A stretch of 64,000 nt of DNA from Phoronis australis (Eukaryota > Animalia > Phoronida), in NCBI GenBank assembly GCA_002633005.1, contig NMRA01000014.1, positions 545,229-609,228 on the forward strand. Direction: 5' to 3'. Under the pieces are notes generated by a model, which ran no database searches, had not been told where the DNA came from, and worked only from the letters and a program-made list of their open reading frames with translations. The position numbers and the translations under genes are program-made. Of the stretch, positions 26,193-37,630 are shown piece after piece. Within the stretch, counting starts at the first letter, position 1, and each line of letters opens with the position of its first letter.

Positions 26193-27576
26193 AGCCCGGT
26201 CTCCAATCTCCGTACTCAGACTCAAATCATGCTCAAACTCACACTTCATACTCAACTCGATTACAGACTCAGCTCTGGTGTATTCAATGTCATACTCGAA
26301 AAATCTGTACTCGAAATTTCGAGCACGTACTCAGTTTTCGAGTGTACTCGAACTGAAGTGTATCTCGTCTATATTTCGAGTACGATTTTGAGTAAAAATT
26401 CGGAGTCTATGCTCAAATTTCAAGTTTGGTATGGCAGTGTGCTTGAAATCGTACTCGAAAACAAATACGATCCAGAGAACAAAATATCGAAAGGGAACCA
26501 AGAAACACAGCAAATCTAAAAAATAAGTCCTCTTACCGTATCTCAGCACTTCAATTTCAGTTCAGAGATGATAGTTTTCATCTTAAATCTTCTTATTCTT
26601 CACCTTATTAACCCGCCGTATCACTGTATGTTATGGCCGCCATTCTACCTCTACAATTCCTGGCAACAGGCGCATTGTAATACCTTGTCAGAGATTCATA
26701 ACAAGTGTCGAAAGCAGTTGTGGGAAAAGTCGTGTGACAAGTTTGTGCTGCCCTTATTTCGGTATGTGTGCCTACGTTTTGTATGGTTTCCAAAAGACGA
26801 GGAGGGGAGGGAAGTTAAAAAAAAGTTCGCTTCCCTGTCAGGTACATTTCTCATCATAACTTAGTCATCTATAATTCCTCAATCCCCAAATGGAATTCCA
26901 GATTTTGTTTGCCGATTTCTAAGTAGACGTCTCGTCCCGTTCACTGCCACTGGTGAACTCTGAATGCCTCCACAAGTATTGTTTTTTAACTCACGTGCCA
27001 AATGTCAACTCACTTGATACATTTCGGTAAAATACAAAGATACAGTATCAAAGTTTGACATCAGCGTAGGCCTACACAGCAATGGGTTTTATGTCAAGAC
27101 TAAATTAGCAACAGAGATGTGTGATAAGCTGTTACATATTTCTTAAGACATTTTCAGGACTGTGTGAGGAACTCAAGAAGTCAAGCTTAATAATTGCCAA
27201 ATGTATTAAAGAAATGGCATAAGAATATTTATTGAAACTAAAAAATGAATAACAGTTACAGAACACTCAGAATTCCACGTTATAGACATACTCTTGTAGT
27301 TGTAGCGACAGCAGACGATAATGTAGGCTTAGTTCTTGGGGTGGTCTATTCCAATAGGGAGCGATGAATCAGTACGGCTTTGCGTGATATGGAATTTCAC
27401 ATCATAAAGAGTTCCATAGCAACTCGAGTATGAATGTCAGATTTGAGTACGTTTGGAGCCTACTCGAAATACGACATTAGATACGCTTTTTTGAGTACGA
27501 CTCCAGTGAGCACGATTTTGAGTATGAAATCTCGAGAATGAGTATGAGTGTGAGTACGGAGATTGGAGATTGGGCC
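26193..27576. mobile_element. PIF/Harbinger-like non-autonomous element (TIR family of 4668-5068)
   Basis: Ends are CAG|AGCCCGGTCTCCAATCTCCGTACTC and GAGTACGGAGATTGGAGATTGGGCC|CTG, with ACTC/GAGT-rich subterminal arrays. Confidence 0.7.
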
Positions 27577-27578
27577 CT

Positions 27579-27730
27579 GGCGTGCGTTCAGTAGACGCTA
27601 GGACCTACGCTAGGACCTAGCTAAAACCTAGTCAAAGTCACGTGTTCTCATTTAAAATACACTTCAGTATCTCAAGTAATCTCGCGAAGTCTTGCTTTTT
27701 AGTGAGGTCCTAGCGTTAATGAACGGGAGC
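27579..27730. mobile_element. Tiny MITE directly adjacent to the previous element
   Basis: Inverted ends GGCGTGCGTTCAGTAGACGCTAGGACCT and AGGTCCTAGCGTTAATGAACGGGAGCC, with CTG at both junctions. Confidence 0.55.
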
Positions 27731-28691
27731 CTGATTTCAGAGTGGTAACTAAAGCACTATAATGAATCACTATTTAGTTTTCTCACCACTTTAAATTCGA
27801 GTAATGGGTGTCTCAAACTGTAAATGGTGCCGACGTTTTTACACGGATTTCATGTCTTCGTATGCCGAGTGTGTTAATCAGGAACGATCATATCTGGTCA
27901 TGGTGATGCTAATAGGATTTTATTTCTTGTAATGATACTCGTTTCTTTCTTGTATGTTCCCAAATTGCGAAAGTTTTCTACCGTTTGTCGATTTTTTCGG
28001 TAAAGTGTAGGACTCCAGCCTATGTACCGCTGCGGTCGTGACTCAAAGTATTTGCTTGACATCAACATCCCATTTTCTATTGGACATTGACATACATTTG
28101 GAGAGCATGCAGTTCCATGAAATCATGAACAAAAATAGACTGATGGAAACTTAAGGAAATCATATTCATTATCTCAGTCACAATACGATGCTGCATGAGA
28201 CTCACACTCAATATGTGCCTGACAACAACGTACCCAGCAATGGCACAACACACTACAATTTTCTCCATCAAATACACTTATACGTTGGAGAAACTTTCTT
28301 CGAATGATTGAAGCATGATTCTTAAAACTAACTGAGCACAGGTGCCCCTCGGTGGACTGATCACTTTCTCCATCGTGCACTGCCATATCAGTCTGTATCT
28401 GACGCACGGAAATGGGCCGTTACGGTCTTTTGGAAACGCAAAAACAAAGCATGTTCCGGACAAGCTGAGTGAGCAGACCAGCCGGAGTGATAAAAAAGAC
28501 ATTGTAAGGAACGTGTTGTTGTGGCTCAGTATGTGCCACAAGAAAAACACCTGACGCCATTCGTGCCCTCGCTGTGGTAGCACTCGAGCGCGGATTTCGG
28601 ACGACGAAGCAATACTCACCTGAGAAGTGGACAAATTAGCAAGCATGTGTGACGTGATCTCGTCGATATCAGTGGTTCGTCTGCAGAGTGA

Positions 28692-28905
28692 ATGTCGCTA
28701 TATTGCGGTGCATCGGTTCCCGCTTGTCTGAACTATGAAGCTGCAAAGAAAGCGGGTGTATCGTTTTTGGACCTCCTCGAGAGCCCGAAATTCTAAGGAA
28801 GTGGCTGGCGGTAGTGAAGAATGAAAGGTATACTATTAATACCAAGTATGAGGCCGTAAAACATATCCGCGTGTCTGTGGCCGGCATTTCGTTGACAGTG
28901 ATTTC
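28692..28905 (+). pseudogene. THAP-domain remnant (transposon-derived)
   Basis: Frameshifted reading MSLYCGASVPACLNY...GVSF/GPPREPEILRKWLAVVKNERYTINTKYEAVKHIRV/CGRHF; related to the THAP at 21086. Confidence 0.65.
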
Positions 28906-29554
28906 TCTAACGAATTCCGGCTTACCAAAGAACTATCCATACGTTCCGTTGCCTATGCATGTTCACGGGACTTCTCTACTATTTCTTGATCAATGTATTC
29001 CGGATAGAACTGATAGCCTGTGAAACCTAACGATCCGAACTGTGCAGTCTTCGTCGGATGAGCTCTTGACTAAGTCGGTATTGGCGCCGGTCGAGTCGCC
29101 CGTTATTCTGCGTTCTGCTTCAAAATGATCTATTCTCATCCAAAAATGATTCTAACTAATGCTTACATGAAACTGAAACAAAGTATTTCTTATTAGATAC
29201 AATTTGAAGTGCCTTGGTGATGAGATGGGGAGTGCACATGTTTTGAGGAGCCAGTAATGAGTAAACCACTGCGTTGCCGGCTTTTGATGCCGGCAGCAAA
29301 GTAATTGACTGGGCACCGAGGCCGTGTGAGTGCATGCTGATTCAGTGTTTGCTGACAGAAAGCTGTTGCGAAACAAATACTCGATTTTATATGCTATTGT
29401 CAAATGTTAGGGGAATCTTTACTTAGAAATACAAATACATTATTCCAAATTTTTTTACTGTACAACCTTTGCCCAGAGGGTCTGTGGATGGGGAACCCGA
29501 CTTCGCTGCCCCCGACAAGTAAGTAGATTTTCAGTTTCGTGGCAAATTCATATC

Positions 29555-30240
29555 AATAATTACGTGCACATTATTTTTTGGCTAACTATTATAATCTTTT
29601 TGTGACAGGAGGTTTAGTTTCCAACTCAAGCTGGTTATGTTCGTGCCAGGCGGACCTGATCGGGTTCCCAGCCACTGGCCGGGGATAACGAGTCAGTCCG
29701 GCCGCGACGGGCCTGTTCGGGTTCCGAGCCACTGGCCGGGAGAACAACCGTTTTGTGTGTTTAGAACTCGAAAAGTCACAAGTATATACAACACAGATCT
29801 AGGTTCTCTTGTCTGTATTTCACGGAAAAACATTTCATTCGAATTTATCTCCGAACAGACCCTACATCCTGCTACGGACCTTGTTAAATAGGCCTACCGA
29901 ACATTGTACGTAGCGACGGTGAGTCCAAATACCAGTAAAGCCGTAACAACGAACTAAAGCAACACGTTTTTATAAGTACTCGGTGTATTTTTAAGGGTGT
30001 TGCATCGAAGTCGATGATTTATTGGTGTTAAACGATAAATTCAAGCGATAATCTGACACCACTAACCCGTGTTGTGAACTGCAGAACAGACTGCGTGTGA
30101 AACCAATTACGTCATTGGACAATTTCAACACCTCCGTCTCCTGTCAGGTGACAGGTAACGCAATGGAACCTGCCGTTATCGAGTAGAACTACTCGATCTA
30201 ATTTGATTCAAAATAGGTTGTTTTGGGGTGGTATTCTCCT
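29555..30240 (+). mobile_element. Right end of a Kolobok-like transposon (copy of 12651-13300)
   Basis: Collinear with 12651-13300 and ends CCT|TTAA. Confidence 0.65.
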
Positions 30241-31349
30241 TTAACACATGCAAATTTGTAACTCTGACCAAGATAATAGTACAGAAAGTTGTTCAGGCGC
30301 CTTTTTCTGGAGGGATTTTGGTCAAACGGGCAATCCCAAAAGGTAAAAATCAGAAGTCACGAGTTATGGGTGCAGCCAAAAGTGATTTCATCCTCAAACT
30401 TGGAGGAAGCGACCATGTCAATACAGGTCATTACGTAATAGGTTTGATTGGATCTGTTCGAGAGGGACCCCAATTCAAGGTTAAGTTGATGCGTGTGACT
30501 GGAAGTCTTCGATTAACCGGAAAAAGAGAAAGGAGGTCATAATCACAATGGAGGACACGTGTTTGCTGACACAATCTGGTAAATAAGGGCCTGACACAGT
30601 CAACCACCCTTATTTTCTGAGGCTAAAAAGACGTTGGATACGCTGAAATGAGGTTGTGGAGTTCAACTGATCGAGAGTGAGAACATGATACATGTAGGAT
30701 TCTATAATGTCATCCCGAATCAGCAACTTCTGATAAAATTTGTTAATTCTGTGTTTCTAAATTACATCTGCTGTAAAGAACGTTAAGAAGTGTTAAAAAG
30801 TAAAGTTCACAAAAGTGCAGAAGATGTTAGCTTAAGCAACGCAGCAAATTATTCAGTATCTAAATAAACCAAGAGTGCAGATATTGACTGGCTTCTGCTA
30901 TGTTGAAAGAAGGCCAAAAAAGCCAACAAATTGCAGTCTACGTACAAACTGTACCCCCAAGAGAAATACAGCAACACAATGGAACTATTGCCTCTTAAAT
31001 GAAAACGGTGCTTATTATCGTCGAAGAAAAAAATAAATCTCCATACAACATTATGTTACTACGTGATGCAGAAACAGTCATACAGGTATAGTGTACGTAA
31101 CCCTTTTTGTAGTGTGCATACCACCATGTTTACAAATACCACAAAAAATTAATATATTATTTGGTAAGTGAGCAACATTGGTCACAAACAGTTTTGCTTC
31201 CTTACAATGTCGGGTTAAAATAATGTTCATTACAAATACATTTGTTTTGAGTGAAATGTTAGCATCTGTGTACTGTACCTACCTCTATATTTTAAGTTGC
31301 GCCCATATTTACAAAATGCTATACATTTTATTTGTTTTCTTTGAATAGA

Positions 31350-31670
31350 TTTAGTCGAATGGGCATGTCACAACACCATCGTCCTAGTCCCGGGGACAAT
31401 TATGAGTCGCTTCTTTTTAGCCACCTGTGCGCCACTAGACATGATTTTAATACTAATGATGTCACTATCCTAGACTGTGAGGAAGACTGTTTCAGAAGGT
31501 GTGTAAAGGAAGCTCTCAATGATGGGCTGTTTAAGAATCAATTTGTCACAAGTATAGGGTGGTGTTCTGACGTAAATGCGCGCCGTCTGGTCAAAACGGC
31601 AACAATTGGTTAAAAAAATACGTCACAATCCAAGCTGAAGTTCGTGAGATGCAGACGCAAAGTCGCTAGT
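31350..31670 (+). mobile_element. Penelope-like element 3' fragment (GIY-YIG endonuclease C-terminus), unit 1
   Basis: Translates as FSHLCATRHDFNTNDVTILDCEEDCFRRCVKEAL. Confidence 0.7.
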
Positions 31671-33599
31671 TTTTGTAAGGTTTTTATTCCAGCATTACAT
31701 TCAAAATTTATCTGAAATATTTCAAAGTTGATTATACTTTTTATGAACCGAGATGTCATTAAAATGTAGTGTAGGTAGTCCTGTGTAGTGTACGTACCTT
31801 CAACCTCTTTGCTATAAAATGTTGCTCACAATCATTTCACATACTGTCTCATGAACAATACTGATATTTCCAAAATGCATCCAGTTTGACAAAAATCAAT
31901 GGACATTATAAAATTTGTGGGTAATATATTGCTAAACTGGACTTGGCCAGTGACATCCTAGAATTCATGTCATAAGACAACTGATGTTGCAGAGGGAGGT
32001 TATCTGTCCTAAAGACAATGTGGAGAAAACCAACAAGTAGTGACGGCACAAAACTCGTCGCCATTAAATAAATCTGTAACATACTCAAAATTTGAAGTTG
32101 ATTGACTCTGCGCACAATGTAATTACGTAGTAAACGTACCGCCCTACCAGTACCAGTTTTACTGTTTACTTTGAACACTTGAGCTAGCATTGCTTTAATT
32201 AATTTTACCAACTGGCGAATGTTTGAAAACAAGGTAAACAGCACCAAGAAAATTTTTGAAAAAAAAAGTTTCTCATATTTTATCAGAATTTTTTGTAAGA
32301 GAAAAAATTCTGTACTGCATCATCATCTGAAACAACTTGATCAGCACCGACATGTTTTTTACTTTAGTATGTGATACATCTTTAATTTCATAAAGTAGTT
32401 ATTAAATTAATAGCTACGTTGTGAAATTTTGCAAGGCAGAAGTGGGCTGTGACAACAAGTTTTACTCTGCGTACCCTATTTTACAACTGCGATGCATCAG
32501 GCCACATAATGTTTTCTGGTGGTTCTTGTTCAAAATATTTTAGATTACAAACCTAAAATGGTGGCATTTTAAAATGACCCAAATTTTACAGGTTTTCATA
32601 TCCTTCATTTTTCACCAATAGTGGCTACTCAATATTGACCTTGATTGTGATTTGCCCGTATTCCCTTTTGATCCCTTTCTCCCATCTGCTAACAACAGAT
32701 GCCGCGTATACCTACATGTAGCCCGTGAAAGGCAATAGGCTAATAACGAGATATTGTAAGGGCCTAACTTAACAACAGATGTCGCGTATACCTAACCCGT
32801 GAAAGGTACTCAACAAATCAGGTGACATTCTAACCAATTAAGAGGAAAAGAAACCCCTTTCTTGTTTAACCGTGTGCTAATAACATAGTGCAAATATTCT
32901 ATTTGTTCGGATAACATAATCTGTACCAAAAGTAATTTTAGTAAATTTCTGTTCTCCTGAACATAATTTTCTAATGACCAATGGTGACAACGTCATCGAA
33001 CACTTGGCTTTCGGTTGAAAGTAATTGAATGCACTGCTCTTTTACAAAAAGGTTAACATGGTGTTATCACCGCCTAAGCGAAATCTTTGTTTCGGGTAGA
33101 GCTACTCTTCGCAAATTGTAACACTTTGAGATACCTCGCCTTCTCGATGGCATTTCTCTGAATTTGTACTTATTTGCAGCTATTATGAAGTTCACCGTCG
33201 CCCACCCTCAAATATACATGGGCAGCCCACTCATGAAAAAGTTGGCTTTACCCCCCCCAAATCGCCCTGTGTTACACAACGTATAGACAATGGGCGACGC
33301 AGCACTGAAAAAAGTGAGAGCCAATAGCCCCCTAGACTCCTATGGTGCGCCGCCCGTGTCGGAAGTGTTGTTGTCTCCAGTGTCTGTTCGTTGAAACCGG
33401 AGATGTTTTCCCTCTTGAAAGCTTCTCGTATGTTTAGTTAAATCACATCGTGTACACAAATACCGGCTATGGTCATGTACACTGAGTCTGTGTGTCAGCA
33501 GTATTCATAGTCCGGTCTGTCGACAAAACTTAAGGATTCATAACTGAAGAACAGTCGACCTTTGCATTGGATATTGCCTTCTTCCGACTCGTGTTTTGA

Positions 33600-35500
33600 G
33601 CATGTCCTCGGCAGAGTGAACGACGACTTGGATTTTTACCATATAGCCGTACAGAATCAGAGGTCATATTAGCAGGTCGAACCTGAAAATGTTGAAATTC
33701 TGCCTTAGATTATTTTTGATCACTGGAAGATTTGAGTTTGATGATCAAGCGCAACAATAACATTACGTGATTAACAACAGATCAATTTAAGTTTCTCGAC
33801 TTGGAGACAGGATGTACGTTGTAGCTGTACATAGTTTTTGAACATGCATGTCACGCCCGAAGAAAAACGTTTTTTTTTCGTTACGAAAACGTGGATAACT
33901 TGGTTTAAGTAGAGGAAATGGCTCTACCACCTCAAGAGCCTTTCTAATGTAGTTTGAAAGGGGAGGCAATGAGTGACGACGGTCGATGTTGCCATGTCTC
34001 TTAAGGCATGGAAAGACAAAAGCAGGGTTCGTCTGAAGAATAGTTTTGATGTGGTAGAATATCATAGACACCGGACCATTGCGGTCTACAAGGGAAATGG
34101 CGCCGAGCTGTTCTATGATGGAATCAGCGTGCCCGAACTGATCATGACGATTCTCTTCAAATCATCGGTAACAAATTATTTGAGTAAAAACACAAAGACT
34201 TGTAAGATACGTGTACTTTGAAACACAATATCGTGAGAGGTCCCAGTTTTCTTTCCGCCGGAAACATTTGGAAAAAGCCAAAGATGGTGTCAAACATCCT
34301 GCGTTAGGATGTAAATGGTCTTCATCTTCGCAACTCGATGAACGAGCAACCAAGCCCATCAGTTATTTGTCGTGGACAAGAAAAAAATCCAACTAGACCT
34401 TTATTCTCACCCTAAGGCACGGAGTGAAATTACTTGCTTAGATTACATAGCATGGCTACGAGGAATCAGACGAGTATTCATGACTTATTATATGGGGTTG
34501 AAAAAAGATTTCGAAAGCGTCGTATTCCAGGGTACGGTTTCTGTCGTTAGTGTCACGACATGTTCCAATTCCAAGTATGTTACTGTCACGGTCATGGCTG
34601 TAGTCCCACGAGAAAAACACGACGAAACTGCTAAGATGAGGCATTAAATCCGAAACGTCACCTTAAGTGAGCTTTTGGAGAAAAACAGAAAGATTAGAAA
34701 TACGTCATCGATCAAGGTTCTTTTCTCAAAGAGCGAGGGTTAAACACGGAATTTTTCTACAGCTTGACAATAATATATATATAACGACATTCGTTGTAGA
34801 AAGTACTGTGTTTGGGAATGTGGAATATGACATGGAATTCCCAAGGTATCGGAAATGCAAACTAAACTCAAGAATCTAGACATGAGCAGAGACGATATAG
34901 TAGACTTGATAAGGGAGTATGCAGAGAAAAACTAAAACATAAAATGACGATTTCTGGTAGGAATGCTCTTCGGTGGGAAAATTCTAGCAATCTCACTTCT
35001 AAAATCATACAAGGAAGACGGCCTGGAAATAACAAACATCTACCAAGAGGTCAAATTCGCTCAAGTAAAGTGTTTCGATGGTTCACTTGAGGAAATCTGC
35101 GACACTAGGCTTGGAGGGGACAAAGACAAAAACAATACTACTGTAGCGTAGACTAAGAAGATTATAGGTAATAGTGCGTATGGTAAGACGGTGTCAGATC
35201 AAGAAAGTCATCGTGAAGTCACGAGGCTAAGGCTTAACGGGAGGTCCAGTTCTAGTAAATTAGAAATGTCAACTATATCGGGGACAGAATACACAAATAC
35301 GAGATGAGAAAGCAGACCATCCACCCTATGGTATATCAAAGTGTTACAGTTGAGAGGGTAACTAGGCTCGGGGTTTCGGTTAGGCGGCGTTAGCACAATG
35401 TGTACCTATCTGCAAGACAGATGCTCATTGATCTACTTTTATCACAAAAGACAAGTGCTCGACAACGGTGGCACCAATGCACCTTTGAAAATTAAATCCG
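33600..35500 (+). pseudogene. Protein-primed family B DNA polymerase pseudogene (Polinton/Maverick or adintovirus type), unit 1
   Basis: Motifs in order across frameshifts: IKRNNN...FKFLDL; YENVDN...LPPQEPF*CSLKGE; EKRFRKRRIPGYGFC...FQFQVCYCHGHGC; KKIIGNSAYGKTV (polB motif B, ~35155-35195); C-terminal GFRL...CTYLQDR...YFYHKRQVLDNG...PLKI. Confidence 0.85.
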
Positions 35501-37269
35501 GGGGAATTGCATATTGAATGAAATTACAACTTGAACAGATAATGGTGTCTGAACGCCATGAGTATTTTTGCAGTTTAAAACAATATACTGTGTTATAAAT
35601 ACACGGCCTTTCACGGGTTAGGTATACGCAACATTTGATAGATGCCAGAGATAACACAGGGGAATAACTTAAATAATGACCACGAGGACACGTGGTGCTC
35701 TCAAAATAAGGTAATCAACATTTTGTTCTTATTCAATACTCAGAATAAAGGAATCCCTATTTTGTTCCCGTTCTCGATCAGTTGAACCTTACGACCTCAT
35801 TTGAACGTTTTCAACGTTTTTAGTGGTAGAATATCCGTTTGATGGATGGTGCTCACCCTAATCTACCTGATGTCAGAATTCACGTGACTTCCGATTCAAT
35901 TAAGACCTCGTTTGTATTTCCTTTCTGCTTACCGACGACGTCAGTTTAAAAGCGTGAAGTTGGACTCTCTCCGACAGTTGCAGTTAAATCTATCACGTAA
36001 TGACCTCATTGTGACGTCATTATCACTTCCTTCCCGTTTGCGGATGATATTACCCGTCATGCGTAGACTTTGACCTTTAGCTTTTGGACTATGATCTTTG
36101 ACCGAGATCCCTCCCTCGCAGGCAGCCTAAACAGCTTATTATTGTACTAAAAATCTTCTGCAACATGTTCCGTAGTGCTAACAAGTCAAAGAATTAGCCA
36201 AAACATAACAACATCTGGCTTGCCAGTAACCAGCTCTTCGAGGAGCCAGACGACGGGGACAAAGATGAGGACAACCCCCGTGAATCAAGGTGGTGGCAGT
36301 TCTCCTTCTTCGCCTTTAGCTTATTTGGTTACGAGAACACCTGGTATCGTATCCGCTCCTCCTACTTCTGGATTTGCAAGCGGAAACACGCCAACTATCA
36401 CCACCGCCGCTCGTAAGTGCTTACACAAAGAGAAGGCCTTTGTTAGAGATTACCTTAGTAGGATCCTGAAATTTCAAATTTAGCTAGCTTCGGAACATGC
36501 TATCTCTAAAACGGGTGATTAGATTCATACCAAATTTCTCACTGGTTCCCTTCGTGTCCACTATATGAAAGAAGATACGCAGGTATCATTCAGCGATAGG
36601 CGTTTTATCACCGGTGTAGGATTATATACTGTCATCCCGAATCAGCAACTTGTTATGAAATTTGTTAATTCTGTGTTTCTAAATTACATCTGCTGTAAAG
36701 AATGTTAAAAAGTGTTAAAAAGTAAAGTTCACGAAACTGCAGAAGATGTTAGCTTAAGCAACCCAGTAAATTATTCAGTATCTAGATAAACCAAGAGTGC
36801 AGATATTGACTGGCTTCTGCTATGTTGAAAGAAGGCCAAAAAAGCGAACAAATTGCAGTGTACGTACAAACTGTACCCCCGAGAGAAATACAGCAACACA
36901 ATGAAACTATTGCCTCTTAAATGAAAACGGTGCTTATTATCGTCGAAGAAAAAAATAAATCTCCATACAACATTATGTTACTACGTGATGCAGAAGCAGT
37001 CATACAGGTATAGTGTACGTAACCCTTTTTGTAGTGTGCATACCACCATTTTTACAAATAACACGAAAAATTAATATATTATTTGGTAAGTGAGCAACAT
37101 TGGTCACAAACAGTTTGCTTCCTTACAATGTCGGGTTAAAATGATGTTCATTACAAATACATTTGTTTTGAGTGAAATGTTAGCATTTGTGTACTGTACG
37201 TACCTCTATATTTTAAGTTGCGCCCATATTTACAAAATGCTTTACATTTTATTTGTTTTCTTTGAATAG

Positions 37270-37630
37270 ATTTAGTCAAATGGGCATGTCACAACACCAT
37301 CGTCCTAGTCCCGGGCACAATTATGAGTCGTTCTTTTTAGCCACCTGTGCGCCAGTAGACATGATTTCAATACCGATGATGTGACTATCCTAGACTGTGA
37401 GGAAGACAGGTTCAGAAGGGGTGTAAAGGAACCTCTCCATAAGCGCATTGAGATTCCCTCTTTAAATAAAATGGGCTGTTTAAGAACCAATTTTTTCTCA
37501 TGTATGGGATGGTGTTCTGACGTCAATGCCGTGCCGTCTGGTCAAAACGGCACCAACTGTTTAGAAAAAAGATTACTTCACAATCCAAGCTCAGGTCCGT
37601 GAGATGCAGACACAAAGTCGCTAATTTTTG
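37270..37630 (+). mobile_element. Penelope-like element 3' fragment (GIY-YIG C-terminus), unit 2
   Basis: Translates as SHLCASRHDFNTDDVTILDCEEDRFRRGVKEPLHKRIEIPSLNKMG, fitting the PLE ILD.E..WF.RGVKEA..I....PSLN motif. Confidence 0.75.

Noticed and set aside
26568-26864. ORF with FPKDEEGR, THAP-like
   Set aside because: Lacks the CxxHF motif and conserved Trp, so it cannot be supported beyond a vague resemblance.
31630-31672. Hammerhead expected at the 3' end of the Penelope fragments (also ~37588-37625)
   Set aside because: CUGANGA and CGAAA are both disrupted, so at most this is a dead remnant.
36175-36483. Ser/Thr-rich mucin-like ORF (also 43774-44085)
   Set aside because: No splice or start support. 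It is an alternative frame of the polB-adjacent sequence and is repeated only because of the duplication.
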